Below the pieces are notes generated by a model. The model made no database searches. It was not told the origin of the DNA and worked only from the letters and a program-made list of their open reading frames with translations. DNA of 64,000 nucleotides from Eledone cirrhosa (taxonomy: Eukaryota): assembly GCA_964016885.1 (NCBI GenBank), contig OZ024741.1, positions 206,212,001 to 206,276,000 on the forward strand. Direction: 5' to 3'. The position numbers were made by a program, and so were the translations under genes. Shown here one piece after another: positions 13,077-27,036 of the stretch; positions within the stretch are counted from its first letter, which is position 1, and each line of letters starts with the position of its first letter.

Positions 13077-13229
13077 GGGCGGTGGATTGGCAGTATCGGT
13101 AGGGAGTCGGACACCATGCTTTGCAGCATAGAGTTACGTCCCTTTATGGTCTGAGATCAAATCCTGCTGAGGTTGACTTTGCCTTTCATCCTTACGGGGT
13201 CGATAAAATAAAGTACCAGTAATGCACTA
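13077..13229 (+). mobile_element. Nin-domain SINE, second copy
   Basis: Homologous to 12843-13030. Confidence 0.8.
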
Positions 13230-13755
13230 GTAGACGTATTAGTAGATGATAAAGTAAAATGAGCTTCTCTACCACCGTCCAGACTAATCAATGCTCGGAG
13301 GAGCTGTGGCCCTTAGTCATCTTCATCCAGAGAGGAAAGCATCATGGAATGATGGCAGCCATGTGCGAAAGCAAAGAAGGCACTCGCAAGATCGCCACAA
13401 TAATGTGTACCTTCCGAAATTACGTGATGATCTCCTTATGTTTGGGACGTCAATTCACGACTATTCACATGGATCAGACCAAAAAATGGTTGAGGATTAT
13501 GTGATTAGCTGTTTGTAAGGCACCTCCCTCTGCAGCTCGTCTCTTTGACTGAGCTGCAGTCTTGGGTCAGTCGAACACCGAGACAGAGCAACTGGCATCT
13601 GGAATATATATATATATAATAATACAAGGACTATTTGTTAAGCCTTCATTACGTTTATTGATTGGTGATGCGCGTTTAGCTATTGATCAGCTCAAGGTTC
13701 GATCTATATCGATCTGGCCCGACTCTGGAATCAAAAGCTCGTCGGAACTCTACTG

Positions 13756-13849
<94 letters not shown>

Positions 13850-14112
13850 ATGTGTGTATATGCATATATTTGTGGGTGTATTTGTGTGTGTAAGTGAATA
13901 TCGATAATGATTTAAATAAACACCTAATATGTGAACCTCAATAACTAAATTCATTTCATATAGAAACATATCATGAGTACGATTAACGTACTGCTAGCCC
14001 TCAACATTTTTTAAAACAATCCACCTGTAACATTAAAGTTCAAAATGTATATATATTCAAGTCAAACAATTATAAATCTCAAGCTATTCACAATCCACCG
14101 CCCACATAAACG

Positions 14113-17100
14113 ATGACGGGTAACGGAAATCCACGGACTGCCAGCTCAGAGAGCAACACTTGCCTGGCCACAGACATCATATTGAAAATCATCTCATCAA
14201 CACAAAATCAAGATATAAAAAGTGTCTTGTCGAAATATGATATCAGACAGGAAAGTGGAGCAATATACAAAAATATTTTCACAAACTGTAAGTTTACGAT
14301 GTTAAAGAAAGCAGCAGCTTTCTTGAATGATGGTGTTCAAGTTGAGCTCACAAAATCAAACCTCACCAACTGGATTATAACAAGGATTGAAAACTTCCTC
14401 TCGGAGACTTGCTTAATGTGTGACAAACAGTACTGCATTACATTTGGCCAAAAACCAGCTTTGGCATGCTTCATCTGTGGACAAGGAATACACGAAGCGT
14501 GCTACTTAAAAAAGATAAATAACCACACCATTCCAGATATTCTAGGCCTACACTGACTATGCGGTTTTGTTCACCAAGGGCCACAATAACGAATGACCCT
14601 AGGACCCTACCACAGACAGGCCGTTCAAACAGACATTGATTGGCGAAACTGACATGGCAAATAAATCCTGCCACACACAGGCCATCCAAGTGCCTCTTGT
14701 AAATGACAAGAATGAAGACAATGACATACAAACACCTACAAAACAAGAAACAGGAGATCCCGCAGAAAAAGACCAAACTTCCCACGAAAAGAAACAGATT
14801 CAGATTCAAATGAAGAAAGGCCAGTATGTATCAAACATGGTCTTTCAGGTAAAGGGTGCACGTACAGTCACCCCAAACCATGCAAACCATATATCAACTT
14901 CGGTACTGATCGAAAAAAAGGATGCCAAAATGGCCGAGAATGTGAACTCCTTCACCCAAAGATGTGCCACAATTCGCTGAGAAAAAAAGAATGTTTTGAC
15001 GAGAATTGCAAATTTATGCACCGGAAGGGTACAATTCGCATAAAAACTACTGAACCCACACCACCAGGACCAAGCTCAGCAGGGTATGAAAACCATTTCC
15101 CAAAAATGCAGAAACCAGGACATGGCTCAACAGTGAATGAAAATCATGCTACTCAATTGCACACATCAGCTGTAACAAACCCAAACTCGCAGAAATTCGA
15201 TACAGTAATGAATGAAAGCAGTTTTTTAGGCATAATCTACCAACTACAACAACAGCTGTACTCCATACAGATGACTCAGCAAAACCAGGCAACATTGATA
15301 CAAAGGCTGACACCTGGACTTACAGGGCACATACAACAAATACAGACAGCCCAGCAGACCGAATATCCAGTCAGCACAGTCCCAGCAACTACAACAGTCT
15401 TGCCAACAATAGGGCAGATGTATCCGGTACAACAAGCATAATAACAGCAAATATCCAGGGTCCTTATCCGAAAACAAAACAGTGTAAAGTCCCTTTCTTG
15501 GAAGAATTACCAACAGAAAACAACTCCAAAATAATTGGCATTACTGAATGTCATCTCAACGAAAACATCCTCAACAGCGAAATCTCAATCAATGGATTCA
15601 ACATCTTCAGATGTGATAGACAAAGCAGATCCCATGGGGGCGTTATCATGTATATCCGAGATACCTATGCATGCATAGAACTTGTCAATGAATAAAATGC
15701 CTACTGCAACCTGCTGTGCATAAAAATCATCCAACTTAATACAGTTGTAACAATAATGTACAGACCGCCAAACAGCCCAACATTATCCTTCACTGAGCCA
15801 CTGACAAAGCTCCAACAAATTCTGGGAAACATGGCGAGTCCAATGTCAACTTCCCTAACATCATCTGGCCACATGGACACAGACTAAAACTGGGGACAAA
15901 AGCTGAACAAATACAGGCAGCCAAACTGTTGGAAGTCACAGAGAAATTATACCTCAAACAAATGATGACAGAAGCAACTAGAAATAGAAATAATAATACG
16001 ATCGACTTGGTTTTCACCAACAACGAAGACACGCTATTTGACCTTCACTCAACCCCAACAATCCTTTCAGACCACAATATTATTGAAATGCATTTACACA
16101 TTGGTAATGAGCCCAATGCCACAACTCTTAAACAAAAGGACATGCCAAATCTACGCAGGTATGATTATCACCAGGCAAATTGGGAAACTATTAACAACCA
16201 ATTACAAATCATTGACTGGGATCTCTACCTTACTGGGCCAGATAAACACAAGAAATTCTTAAACAAGATCGAAGAAATATGTGCAAAAAATATTCCTCTT
16301 AAGAAAACCAAATCCACAAAAAACCTGTACCACGGGATCGAAAGATCCTGATGCGCAAAAGGTCAAGACTAAGAAACAAAACATCTAAGCTGACATCAAA
16401 ACATGAACTACAGAAAGTCCTTGACCAAATATACAGATTAGAAGACAATCTAAAACAACACTATGATGAAGAACGTAACAATGCAGAAAAGAGAGCCATA
16501 GAAAACATCAAGAAAAATCCAAAATGTTTCTACAGTTTTGCAAAGAAATACTCGAATACCAAGTCAACAATAGGACCTCTCCAGAGACAAAATGGGGATG
16601 TAGTGAATAACCCTATTGAAATGGCAGAAATGTTGGGTCAAGAGTATGAAAGTGTCTTCAGTGAGCCATCTAAAACCATGAAGATCCATGACCCAGTTCT
16701 TCAAGGATATCGACCATACTAAACCTACCCTATCCGACATTGATTTCAACCCAGAAGACATATAAAGAGCCATAGACAAGCTCTCCATGCACTCGGCTGC
16801 GGGGCCTGATGGTTTCAATGCCATGATACTTAAAAACTGCAAGGTACAATTGTTGAAACCCCTTTACATGATATGGAAGGAATCTATGGAGAATGGCAAA
16901 ATACCAAATACATATAAAGAAGCACACATAACTCCAATACATAAAGGGGACAGTAAATCAAAACCAAAGAACTACCGACCAATCTCACTGACATCACACA
17001 TGATCAAGGTCTTCGAAAGAATAGTTCGTGGAAAACTGGTTGAGTTCCTGGAATCCAACAATCTGATGAATTGCAATCAGCATGGATTCAGGTTAGGTAG

Positions 17101-18425
17101 ATCATGTCTTTCTCAACTACTGGCACACCATGACTAAATCCTAGAAAATCTAGAGAATGGATACAACACAGATGTTATTTACCTCGACTTTGCCAAGGCA
17201 TTTGACAAGGTAGATCATGGCATCCTGGGACACAAACTTCGAAAGCTAGGAGTAGGAGGAAAAGTTGGTACATGGATACATGAGTTCCTTACAAATAGAA
17301 CTCAAACAGTCACTGTGAATGGAACCCATTCAACACCATCACCTGTGACCAGCAGTGTTCCTCAGGGTACAGTACTCGGCCCGATCCTGTTTCTTATCCT
17401 CATCTCTGACATAGATGAAGATACAACCAGCAACGTCGCATCCTTTGCTGATGACCAGGGTCATGAGACAAATAAAAGACGAGGTGGATACAGAGGCCTT
17501 ACAAAAGGACCTAACCACCATATACAAATGGCAGGAAACAAACAACATGTTTGAACAACATGTTTGAACTAATTCGCTACGGAACAGATCAAGATCTGAA
17601 AAATACAACAAACTACAGAAACCCATCAGGACAACAAATAATGGAAAAACAGTGTGTGAAAGATTTACGCATCCACATGGGAACCAGCCTAAAATTCAGA
17701 GAACACCTTGACTCAGTCTGTCTTACTGCAAGAAAGTACAGCGGGTGGATCTTGCGCACTTTCAAATCAAGAGATACCTCAACAACGAAAACCCTCTGGA
17801 ACAGTATGGTACTTCCGAGGATTGACTACTGTTCTCAGTTGTGGTCACCAACAACAAAGGGCCAACTATCTAAGATGGAATCGCTCCAAAGAAATGTTAC
17901 CTCATACTTCTCAGAAACGAGGGACCTGGACTATTGGCAAAGACTCAAAACCTTGAAGATGTACTCAATAGATAGAAGATTTGAGCGATAGCGAATTATA
18001 TACATTTGGAAAATGATAGAGCAAAAGGTGCCAAACTTTGGTATCAAAACCTACCACTCACTGCGCCACGGAAGACGCTGCCAGCTACCACCAATCAACA
18101 AAAGGGCTGGCCAGGCAGCAAAAACCCTGCGAGAGTCAAGTCTGTTGGTTCGAGGGGCACAACTATTCAACTCCATTCCGGTACATGTCAGAAATCTATC
18201 AGGATGCAGTGTGGAATCATTCAAATTGCAGCTGGATAGATACTTAAGCACCATTAGAGATGAACCCCATCTCTTAGGATATACACAACGAGCACAAACT
18301 GACTCAAACTCGCTCCTACACATGTCAAAATTAAACAGAGAACCGAACCTGGCAACCACACCAGACTCTGAAGGTGGAGTCTTCGACTTGGTCTGAGCAT
18401 GGACTCAAATTCAAATGAAATGAAA

Positions 18426-18430
<5 letters not shown>
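14113..18430 (+). mobile_element. Near full-length decayed CR1-group LINE (ORF1 PHD plus CCCH-type fingers; ORF2 APE and RT)
   Basis: ORF1 has CLMC..CFIC.QGIH.AC and C..SLRKKECFDENCKFMH. ORF2 has ITECHL, RCDR..RSHGGV, SDHN, NYRPISLTS, QHGFR, YLDFAKAFDKV, PQGTVLGP and FADD. Many frameshifts; (AATGA)n tail. Confidence 0.9.
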
Positions 18431-18463
<33 letters not shown>

Positions 18464-19148
18464 TATGTCTATCTAAATACATACGTTATATAGTGGGTTG
18501 TAATGTACACTGAAAAGTAATCATAGATTAAATACAAAAAAAAACACTTTAATTTCTCCCCTTTAAATATTTATGCTCTGCAGCTTACACTGTCTTTAAC
18601 GGCAAAAACTTCGGAAGACTATTTCGATTGTTTCGAATTCTTACGCGCGCATTGAGCTTTTCACACCTTACCCAAATTAATAGTGGAATTGTCGATTATA
18701 ATCACTCATATACATATATATGTATGTGTGGGTGGATGTATGTCTGTGTGTGTGAGAGTGTGTGCGTTGTAAAAAATCGGTGTATGTGAAAAAGGTAAAA
18801 GGAAAACAGCGCTGAATCTGGTATTATAGTTGTTTGGGGGTTTAATTTAAGTGTCACTGCAGCACTAAAACTCCACTAGCCAGTAACCCAAACTGACCCT
18901 TGATCTTAAAAGATGCCGGGTGATGTTCTGGAGAGAAAAAATGTGCATCTAGTAATCCGTCAAATACTGTATATAAATATTTTATATATATATATATATA
19001 GATATATATATGTAAGAATATTTTCGAAACAGCGAGTGGGTTTGAAATTATTAGAAATGTAAGTATTTTGACTAAAGAAATTAAAGAAATTATTTAGCCT
19101 GATAGTGGGGTTAAGAACCATCGGAGAAATGGAAAAAAAATGAGTATT

Positions 19149-19220
19149 GACGTACATGGGAGTCGAACCAACATCTTTGGTTATCCGGACCACTGTGCTA
19201 CCATTTACACCAACACATCA
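19149..19220 (-). pseudogene. tRNA-like sequence (tRNA pseudogene or SINE head)
   Basis: gatgtgttggtgtaaatggtagcac...ggttcgactcccatgtacgtca folds into a cloverleaf with several mismatches, followed by a T-run. Confidence 0.55.
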
Positions 19221-19361
19221 CCCACATATATATATATATATATATTTAAAAGTTAAACATGGTTCAATGCATACATCAAAGAATGAGTTTTGTCATAAGT
19301 TAATCACTACCATGACTAAATCTTAACCATCTAATATGTCAGGGTATGTCATGTATCATTT

Positions 19362-19428
19362 TATTTTATCTGATGGGGACGTACTGTTGAACTTAACTCA
19401 GTACCTCTGAAATATGTATAATAAAATA
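19362..19428 (+). ncRNA. Hammerhead ribozyme, A9G core variant or decayed
   Basis: tattttat-CTGATGG-ggacgtactg/cagtacctct-GAAA-TATGTA-TA-ataaaata. Confidence 0.65.
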
Positions 19429-19559
19429 TGATTGATCACAAGAATATCTATTTTGTTAATATTTTGAATTAATATTTTGATTTAATATATATATATATAT
19501 ATAACGAAGGAAATGTGGTAACTGAATATCGATAATGATTTAAGAAAGTGAATATCGAT

Positions 19560-20905
19560 AATGATTCAAGAAAGATAAACTGGTAACTGCATGTAAACAC
19601 AGATTGCGCAGGACTTACTTCGCCCTCAAACCCCATAATGACCCGGGGTTAGACTAGGGCTATAACACCCCATTTGCCGATTTTGTAATGGGTAACCCCT
19701 GCTTGCAAAGGTAGACGTAAGATCTTCTTTTATATCTTTTTATCGCTTCCTCAATATTTCCTTCTTCCCCCCATCCCTCCCTAGTCCTTCCACCCCAGTC
19801 CTCTTTCTTTGTCGTCGTCCTTTTACTTTCTCGCCTACCCATGGCAGCCCCTCGGTCCTTTGTAGCCTCAGTATCCCCACCCTCTTCCCCTATTCTATGA
19901 TAGATTTGGCCGACTCCACTTTTTATAGCAGATGTATTAGACCCCGGATAGTTGCCTTCTTATCCGATGGCTGCCCCTTTTCCGTGCTTTCTATATTTCT
20001 TAGTGGTATCTTTGCCTTAATTTCTCGTATATCAGCATTTTTTTTTTTGGGGGGGGGATTCTGAATTAATTTTCCGTATCAAATTTTACATATACTTCGT
20101 ACGAGCATTTATGTAGTTTGCACTAGAATTTTTGTATCGTGGCGGCACCCTTAGAGATAGTATTAGTATTCTTTTTCAGGATTCTGAATTATTATTTCGT
20201 ATTAGTTTTTTTTTTTTGCACTGGGTGGTTGCTGGCCTTGTGCCTGAGGTGGAAACCTTTATTTCGTACTGGTCTCGGGACTCTGAATTATTATTTAGTG
20301 GTAGTTTCTTTAGTATTTTGGCCCCCCACTTGTTGACCCGTCACCGTAAGATATATTCGGTTGTTTACTTATACCTCTTAAAAGGGTCTTATTATAATTC
20401 CGTCCCACCTAGTAAACCTTTCTTTAGTCTAGCAGTACCAGTGAGAGACTTGATAGCTGTCCTTAGGTTATAGTAACCAGAAATTGTTTTTTTTTTTGTT
20501 TTTTTTTTACATTTAATTGTTTTTTAAGACTCTCGGTATTTTTCTATATATTTACACCATATTGTTTTACTTATTTTTTCGACTTCCTCCCCCTCCCTAG
20601 TATCTTCTTTGACCTCCTGCCCAGCTGTAGTTGGCACTATCAACGCAGGACTGGGTTTCCTCCACCCCTCTCCCTCTTTCTTCTACTGGCAGGTTCAGCT
20701 ACCCCTTTCCTCCACAAATTGCCATGATAGAATTATTATGTCTCAACAACAAACTTTTGACCAATCCTTGTGACAATCACTTTTACCATATATGGAATTA
20801 CCCCCTGAGAAGCTCGGCTATTAATATACCAGGATAAAAATTTTCATTTAGTCTAGAATTAGCCGTCGAAACGGCTTGAGCTCAGCCGTCGGGGTCCTAC
20901 TCGTT

Positions 20906-20910
<5 letters not shown>
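19560..20910 (+). mobile_element. Longer non-coding copy of family F1 ending in an HHR (20800-20895)
   Basis: 20430-20910 is homologous to 26690-27145; ends ttccta(TA)n. The 5' boundary is uncertain. Confidence 0.6.
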
Positions 20911-20948
<38 letters not shown>

Positions 20949-20952
<4 letters not shown>

Positions 20953-21310
20953 GTTTGTATATGTATAATAAAGCCAAAACAATGCAGGTATGGACACAGA
21001 ATAAACAATGCAAATGCAAAAGATATTGTTGACAATTAGTCTTTTACCTTAGATTTATTTAAATGTCCTTAATTTTCGAGATAATATCCCTTCTTCGGAG
21101 GGAAGTAAAGCGGTTAAACCAGTGTTCTAAATAGCTTGCCAAGTCGCTTTACTTCCCTCCGAAGAAGAGATATTATCTCAAAAATTAACGACATTTAAAT
21201 AAATCTAAGGTAAAAGACTAATTGTCAACAATATCTTTTGCATTTGCATTCTTTATTCTATGTCCATACCTGCATTGTTTTGGCTTTATTATACATATAC
21301 ACACGTTTAT
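20949..21310. repeat. ~165-bp inverted repeat containing a minimal HHR-like motif (21067-21101, minus)
   Basis: Arms 20949-21113 and 21145-21310; cct-CCGAAGA-a-gggat/atctc-GAAA-AT-TA-agg. Confidence 0.75.
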
Positions 21311-21349
21311 ACCTCATTACACAATGCTTCAAGGGAACTATAACCTCCT

Positions 21350-21380
<31 letters not shown>

Positions 21381-21382
<2 letters not shown>

Positions 21383-21875
21383 AACTGTGGCACACCGCCC
21401 AGGCTTTGCTCTTCCTCTCGACCACATCATCTTTTGTATTCCCAATCTTTGCTCTCCCAGATACAGGAATTCGGATCTTCGTTGCTGTAGTGGAGTCTGT
21501 GCTGCTGTACGGGTCTCAGACTTGGACACTGACCAAGAAACTCCTTCAGATGGTGGATGGGTGCTACACGAGAGTGCTGAGGAGGGATCTGAACATCAAT
21601 CAGTATACACTGAGGATGAAGAACTCAGAGCTGTATGGAAGCCTCCCAAAAGTGAGCTCGAAAGTAGCACAGAGGATATTGAGGTTAGCTGGACATGCTC
21701 ACCGACATCCAGAGTTGACATTACACTCAGTGCTCCTGTGGAAGTCCCTGCATGGACACTCTGGAAGAAGAAGACCGACGTTGACATATGTTGATGCCCT
21801 AAGGACAGACACTGGTCTCTTGGAGACGCAGGACATGGTGAGGAACAGAGACCACTGGAGAGAACTCGTCCATGG
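21381..21875 (+). mobile_element. 3' fragment of the same RTE-like LINE as 7740-9020, with 5' inversion
   Basis: VESVLLYGSQTWTLTKKL..RLAGHAHRHPEL is near-identical to the other copy; 21381-21467 matches it in the opposite orientation. Confidence 0.85.
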
Positions 21876-22014
21876 ATATATATATATAAATGTGTGTATA
21901 GTATATTTGGCAATATACCGTATGTTTAATTAAAAACATTTAGAAGACCATTCGTTATCAGTTTTAAAGTAGTGACTATGTCACTTAAATATTTTCGGCA
22001 AAGGCTGGGAGAGA

Positions 22015-22055
22015 GGCTGACAGCTGTTTCTCGCTGTTTGGCGTTTATCAAAGCC
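22015..22055 (-). ncRNA. Minimal hammerhead family F3, U3-A8 core
   Basis: ggct-TTGATAA-acgcc/agcga-GAAA-CAGCTG-TC-agcc; stem II is weak. Confidence 0.55.
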
Positions 22056-22366
22056 ACGCACTCACCTGCCTTTGCTGAAAATTATAGAGGCTGGATTCTT
22101 ATAGAATTCCAGTAATAATCAGGGGCTGATTACACAGAACCATTGCCGGTCCAGCAAAAATTAGATATTAGTATTGGTGCTCTGAAATAGCGATAACATA
22201 CGGTATATTGCCAAATATACTATACATACATTATTGTATACATCGCTAGATTATTACTAGAATTCTATAAGAATCCAGCTTCTATAATTTTCAGCAAAGG
22301 CAGACTCGTTGCCTAATATGCCTCAGTACATAAGAGGACCTAAGAATAACATATATACATACATAT

Positions 22367-23450
22367 TCGAGGTTTGTAAGAAAAGTAACAGGACTTAGTG
22401 TGGTGTGTGAGCTATGAGTTGGGTAGAGACTAGTGGCTTACGACACTGTGTGACATATTATCCGGCGAGTATATAACTACGATCTCAGCTTTCTGCAACT
22501 GTTGTATGTTTTTTCAAATGCTTTTGTTAACGGCTCCTCAATTTTAGGACATCAAGCGATGGTAACAGAGCAATGAACCAACCTGAAGTTTCTGGTCAGG
22601 TTGGGGAAAACTCAGTCAAAAGCATTCGGAATACTGCAGCAAGTGTATGGAAATGAGATGCTGTCGCACTCACATGTTTTTGAATGGCACAAAAAGTTCA
22701 AAGACGACGCATATTCACACATTATGTACCGCATTTGACGGCTTTTAAAATGGACTTCAATTCGGGCAGGCTTACATCACCGTGTGACATAATATCCGGA
22801 GAGTATATCTGCAATCTCAGCTGTCTGCAGCTGTTTATGCTTTCTCATGTGCTTTTGTTAACAGTTTCTAAATTTTAGGCCGTTGAGCGATGGACACAGG
22901 GCTACACACCAGCCTGAAATTTCTGGTCCCGCTAAGGAAAATTTTGTCAGAAGCACTTGGAAGTGTGCGGAGATGAGACGATGTGGCACAAAAACTTCAA
23001 AGAGGGCAGGACTGAGGCCAAAGTTGAGCGTGTGAGACGATGACGCATGACGCTCGTCGATTGGCTGTTCAACTGATCACAAGTAAATCGTGATAGCGTT
23101 TGGAAGATTAACACCGAATATTTGGACGTGCAGAAGATCTGTGCGAAGATGATGCCGAAGCTGCTGAACAATGACCAGAATGAGCGGCGCATGCAGATGT
23201 GTCACGACATCCTCTAGCGTCTTGAAACCGAACCAAGCTCAAGAGAGTTAGTTATCATGAGGGACCCGTTTTTCAGACATGGAAACCCTCAAGAGAGTTA
23301 TGACGACGAAGATGCGGAAAATCCGGGAGAATATTTCCAAGAGAGTATGGAGACATGGCGGAGAAGGAAAGGAAAGTGCTTAAATCATTGTTCACTGATC
23401 GGTATGTTGCATACGCCATCCCGATTAGTCAACATGTTTAACGTAAGAAT
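22367..23450 (+). mobile_element. Decayed mariner transposon(s)
   Basis: NLKFLVRLGKT..AFGILQQVYGNE..SHVFEWHKKFKD HTH region present twice; KICAKMMPKLLNNDQ; TIR-like cgaggtttgtaagaaaagtaacaggact. Confidence 0.75.
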
Positions 23451-24118
23451 ATAAGTCCGACCCGTTGAGCGCTTTATAATGATGAAGTGAAGGCCTTCGC
23501 TATAAGCAATGCCCTGGAAATTCATACATCGTAAGGACTAAAGTACACCTATTGTATATTCCTGCCGGTGAACACCCCCAACCTAACATATATACAGAGG
23601 AAAACGTTTGACCGGAAGACTAAGAAGATAAAAAAACAACGTAAAACCTCTCATTTTCTCACAATATACTTTATTTCGTGTAGGACCGTGCAACGAGATT
23701 CACCTGTGGAACTTGACTTTTCACCACATATCGACTCATCGGGTGGATGGACAGCCGATAAATTCATATGTGGATTACCAGAAACTGCTGGACTAAAGTA
23801 CCCATGGAAGATCATATCAATTCAGTATACTTGCTGCTTCGGCGCTGGGACTATAATAACCGAACTCATCATAATTGGCCAATTTTTATCAGCTATATCC
23901 TGTATCTTTATTTCTTACTAGACCACCCATGACGGTCACGTTCACTTAAAAATATTTTAAAAAAAATCATGTTCAATTAAAAATTGAAATATACACAAAC
24001 ATGTATATAATGTGAAATGAAACTGGAAGGCCCATATATATACGTGTGTGTATGTATATATATAAATGTGTGTGTGTATATACATCTATATATATATATA
24101 TATGTGTGTGAGTATGTA

Positions 24119-24159
<41 letters not shown>

Positions 24160-24361
24160 GTGTCTGTGATCTATATACACTGATCATAGACACACAACAC
24201 ACATATACACAAACATACACACACACTCACATATATATATATATATATATGTACACAACAACACCACCAGATCTCTCTCTCTCTCTCTCTCTCTCCCTCT
24301 TTCAATCTACTCTCTCACAACCACTATCTCTTTCTCTCTATCTTTTTCTCTGTCTCTGTTT

Positions 24362-24553
24362 ATGAAGGTACCCGGAAAAACCCCATATCTCGGGAACCCG
24401 TGCTCCGATTTACGCGAAACTTGTTTTATTCCATTTGCATTCCCATTTCAGAGGCAACTTCCTTTGAAAGTATTTTCCCATTATGCGCACTTTTGACTGT
24501 ATTACATTACAGATAAGCAAGCAAGAAATCACAGAGTTTTAGTAATATATAGA
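24362..24553 (-). mobile_element. Non-autonomous Helitron-like fragment
   Basis: gaaggtacccgg start and ttttagtaatatataga end resemble the 53805 family termini. Confidence 0.45.
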
Positions 24554-24819
24554 TTTAGGCACCTTTGACTTATTTATTTTCTTTCGTCATCTTTTTTTGG
24601 GGGGGGGGGGGGTTGTCATTTTTTCATTTTTATTTTATTGCTTGACTGAGAGATTAACTAATTAATTATTATCTTTGATGCCTTAAATTTCTCTTCCATT
24701 TCATTATTGGTTCTCAGTATTTTCCTATTTGACTTTATAAGTGATCTGATTAATGAGTTTCTCTACCTATCTCCTGTACATTATATCATATAATTGTTTC
24801 TAGGGGAAGGAAAAGTCGA

Positions 24820-25025
24820 ATAAATCGACCCCAGTGCATTACTGGTGCTTTATTTTATCGACCCCGTAAGGATGAAAGGCAAAGTTAACCTCGGCGGGAT
24901 TTGAACTCAGACTATAAAGGGGCGTAACTCTTTTTAGTCTGAGTTCAAATCCCGCCTTACGGTGTCGATAAAATAATGTACTCGGTAATTGCTGGCCTTG
25001 TGCCCAAAGTAGAAACAATTATATT
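24820..25025. mobile_element. Two head-to-head Nin-SINE fragments
   Basis: Reverse copy at 24820-24930 and forward deleted copy at 24937-25025. Confidence 0.7.
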
Positions 25026-25379
25026 ATATAATAGGACAACACTTAACTTTTGTACTAGTAACCTTCAATTGTTAGTCGTTAATTCTAAATATTTAATGTT
25101 CAATGTTGAAACCTAATTTCTAACACTAATTTATACATCTTCCCATTTATTTTTATTAATTATTAATTGTTATTAATTTTTATTAATTATGAATTGTTAA
25201 TTCAATGTGGAATTCTAATTTCGAAACTATAGCGTTAATTTATCTGAGCAATTAAACAATAATTCACTGATCAACATAAGTTTTTGCGTTCAAAGTGATG
25301 GCATGCGTTATCCTGTTTGTGCAGGAACGGAGTTAAATATTCATTAAAACAACAGGCGTAACCAGTTTAAAATACTCTG

Positions 25380-25410
<31 letters not shown>

Positions 25411-25470
25411 CTTCTTCTTCTTCTTCTTCTTCTTCTTCTTCTTCTTCTGCTGCTGCTGCTTCTGCTGCTG

Positions 25471-25526
<56 letters not shown>
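25380..25526. repeat. Compound (CTT)n(CTG)n(CTA)n microsatellite
   Basis: Direct sequence. Confidence 0.95.
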
Positions 25527-25527
<1 letters not shown>

Positions 25528-26175
25528 TTGATTCTTCTTGTTATTACTTTTGTGGGAGAAATATTTAGAAACGTAACAACAAAATAACTATTATTATTAT
25601 AATTTTAAAAAAAAATCTGCTTTCTTTGAAATTCACCAAAGTTTTAAGTAGAAACATAAATTGGAAAAGAAAACTTAGTTATTGTTACGTTGTTTTCGTT
25701 GTTGTTAATCTCGTCTTGCTATTGTTGATAATAATGATTCAAATACATATAGATATGAAAGAACTTATAAGAAAGTAATGGTATAATGGTGTTTGATTTC
25801 GATTGCTTTGTCTGCTCGTTGTTAATTGTTTGTTTAATTGGGGAGAGGGAAGCCGTTTTTCGGTTTCATTCGTTGAAGTGGATTTTAGATAGAGGAATAT
25901 TACAAGAATTATATTGAGATGAGAATAATTTAGATTTCTGTTTCAAAAAACAAAAAATGTAAAAGTCTATGTTGAATAGTGGAACAGATGATCAATCATA
26001 AAAGCGATTAGAAAAGCAGCAACAACAACAATAAATACAATTATAGAAATACTAACAAGAAAAGAACAAAACAACATCAAAGATATTTATATATATATAA
26101 TTTTGTATGTGTATCTATCTCCTTCTTTCTCTCCGTCTCTCTCACTCTCTTTCTATATATATAGGAAAATGTATG

Positions 26176-26269
26176 ACCCCGACGGCAGAGCTCAAGCCGT
26201 TTCGACGGCTAATTCTGGACTGAATGAAAATTTATTCTGGTATTTAAATAGCCGAGCTTATCAAGGGGT
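26176..26269 (-). ncRNA. Mirror copy of the F1 hammerhead
   Basis: Reverse complement of 27037-27130 with one stem III change. Confidence 0.7.
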
Positions 26270-27036
26270 AATTCCATATATGGTCAAAGAGATAATCACC
26301 AGGATTGGTCACATCACAAGTTAGTAGTAAATCTGTGATGACAAATTGATGGGAGAAGGGGTAGCTAAACCTGCCGGTAGGAGAAAAAGGGAGAGGGGGT
26401 GGAGTAGACCCATTCATGCGTTGGTAGTGCCAGCTACAGCTGGGCGTGAGGTCAAGGAGGATACTGGGGAGGGGGAGGGGGAGGAGGTCGAAACGGTAAG
26501 TAGAACAATGTAGGGTAAAACTATAAAAAGTACTGAGAGAGAAAAAAAAAGCAAAGTCTGGTTACTAAGACTTAAGTCTCTCGCTATTGCTAGGCTAAAG
26601 AAATACATAAATAAATAAATAAACAAATAAGTGAATAAAAGAATAGATAAATAAATTAACTTATTTGTTTATTTATTTATTTATGTATTTCTTTAGCCTA
26701 GCAATAGCGAGAGACTTAAGTCTTAGTAACCAGACTTTGCTTATTTTTTTCTCTCTCAGTACTTTTTATAGTTTTACTTTTTATAGTTTTACTTTTTATT
26801 GTTCTACTTACCGTTTCGACCTCCGCCCCCTCCTCCTCCCCAGAATCCTCTTTGACCTCACGCCCAGCTGTAGCCGGCACTACCAACGCATGAATGGGTC
26901 TACTCCACCCCCTCTCCCTTTTCTCCTACCGGCAGGTTTAGCTACCCCTTCCCCCACCAATTTGCCATCACAGATTTACTACTAACTTGTGATGTGACCA
27001 ATCCTGGTGATTATCTCTTTGACCATATATGGAATT

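Noticed and set aside
13259-13518. GC-richer ORFs
   Set aside because: No recognisable domain; probably an unclassified repeat fragment.
19149-19220. Functional tRNA gene
   Set aside because: Mismatches in the T and anticodon stems, a non-canonical anticodon loop and multiple G-U pairs in the acceptor stem.
19605-19715. Twister or other ribozyme in a GC-rich hairpin region
   Set aside because: Hairpins are present but I could not assign the conserved pseudoknot nucleotides by eye.
23568-23921. Possible additional host exon
   Set aside because: No GPCR or other recognisable motif and no convincing splice pair.
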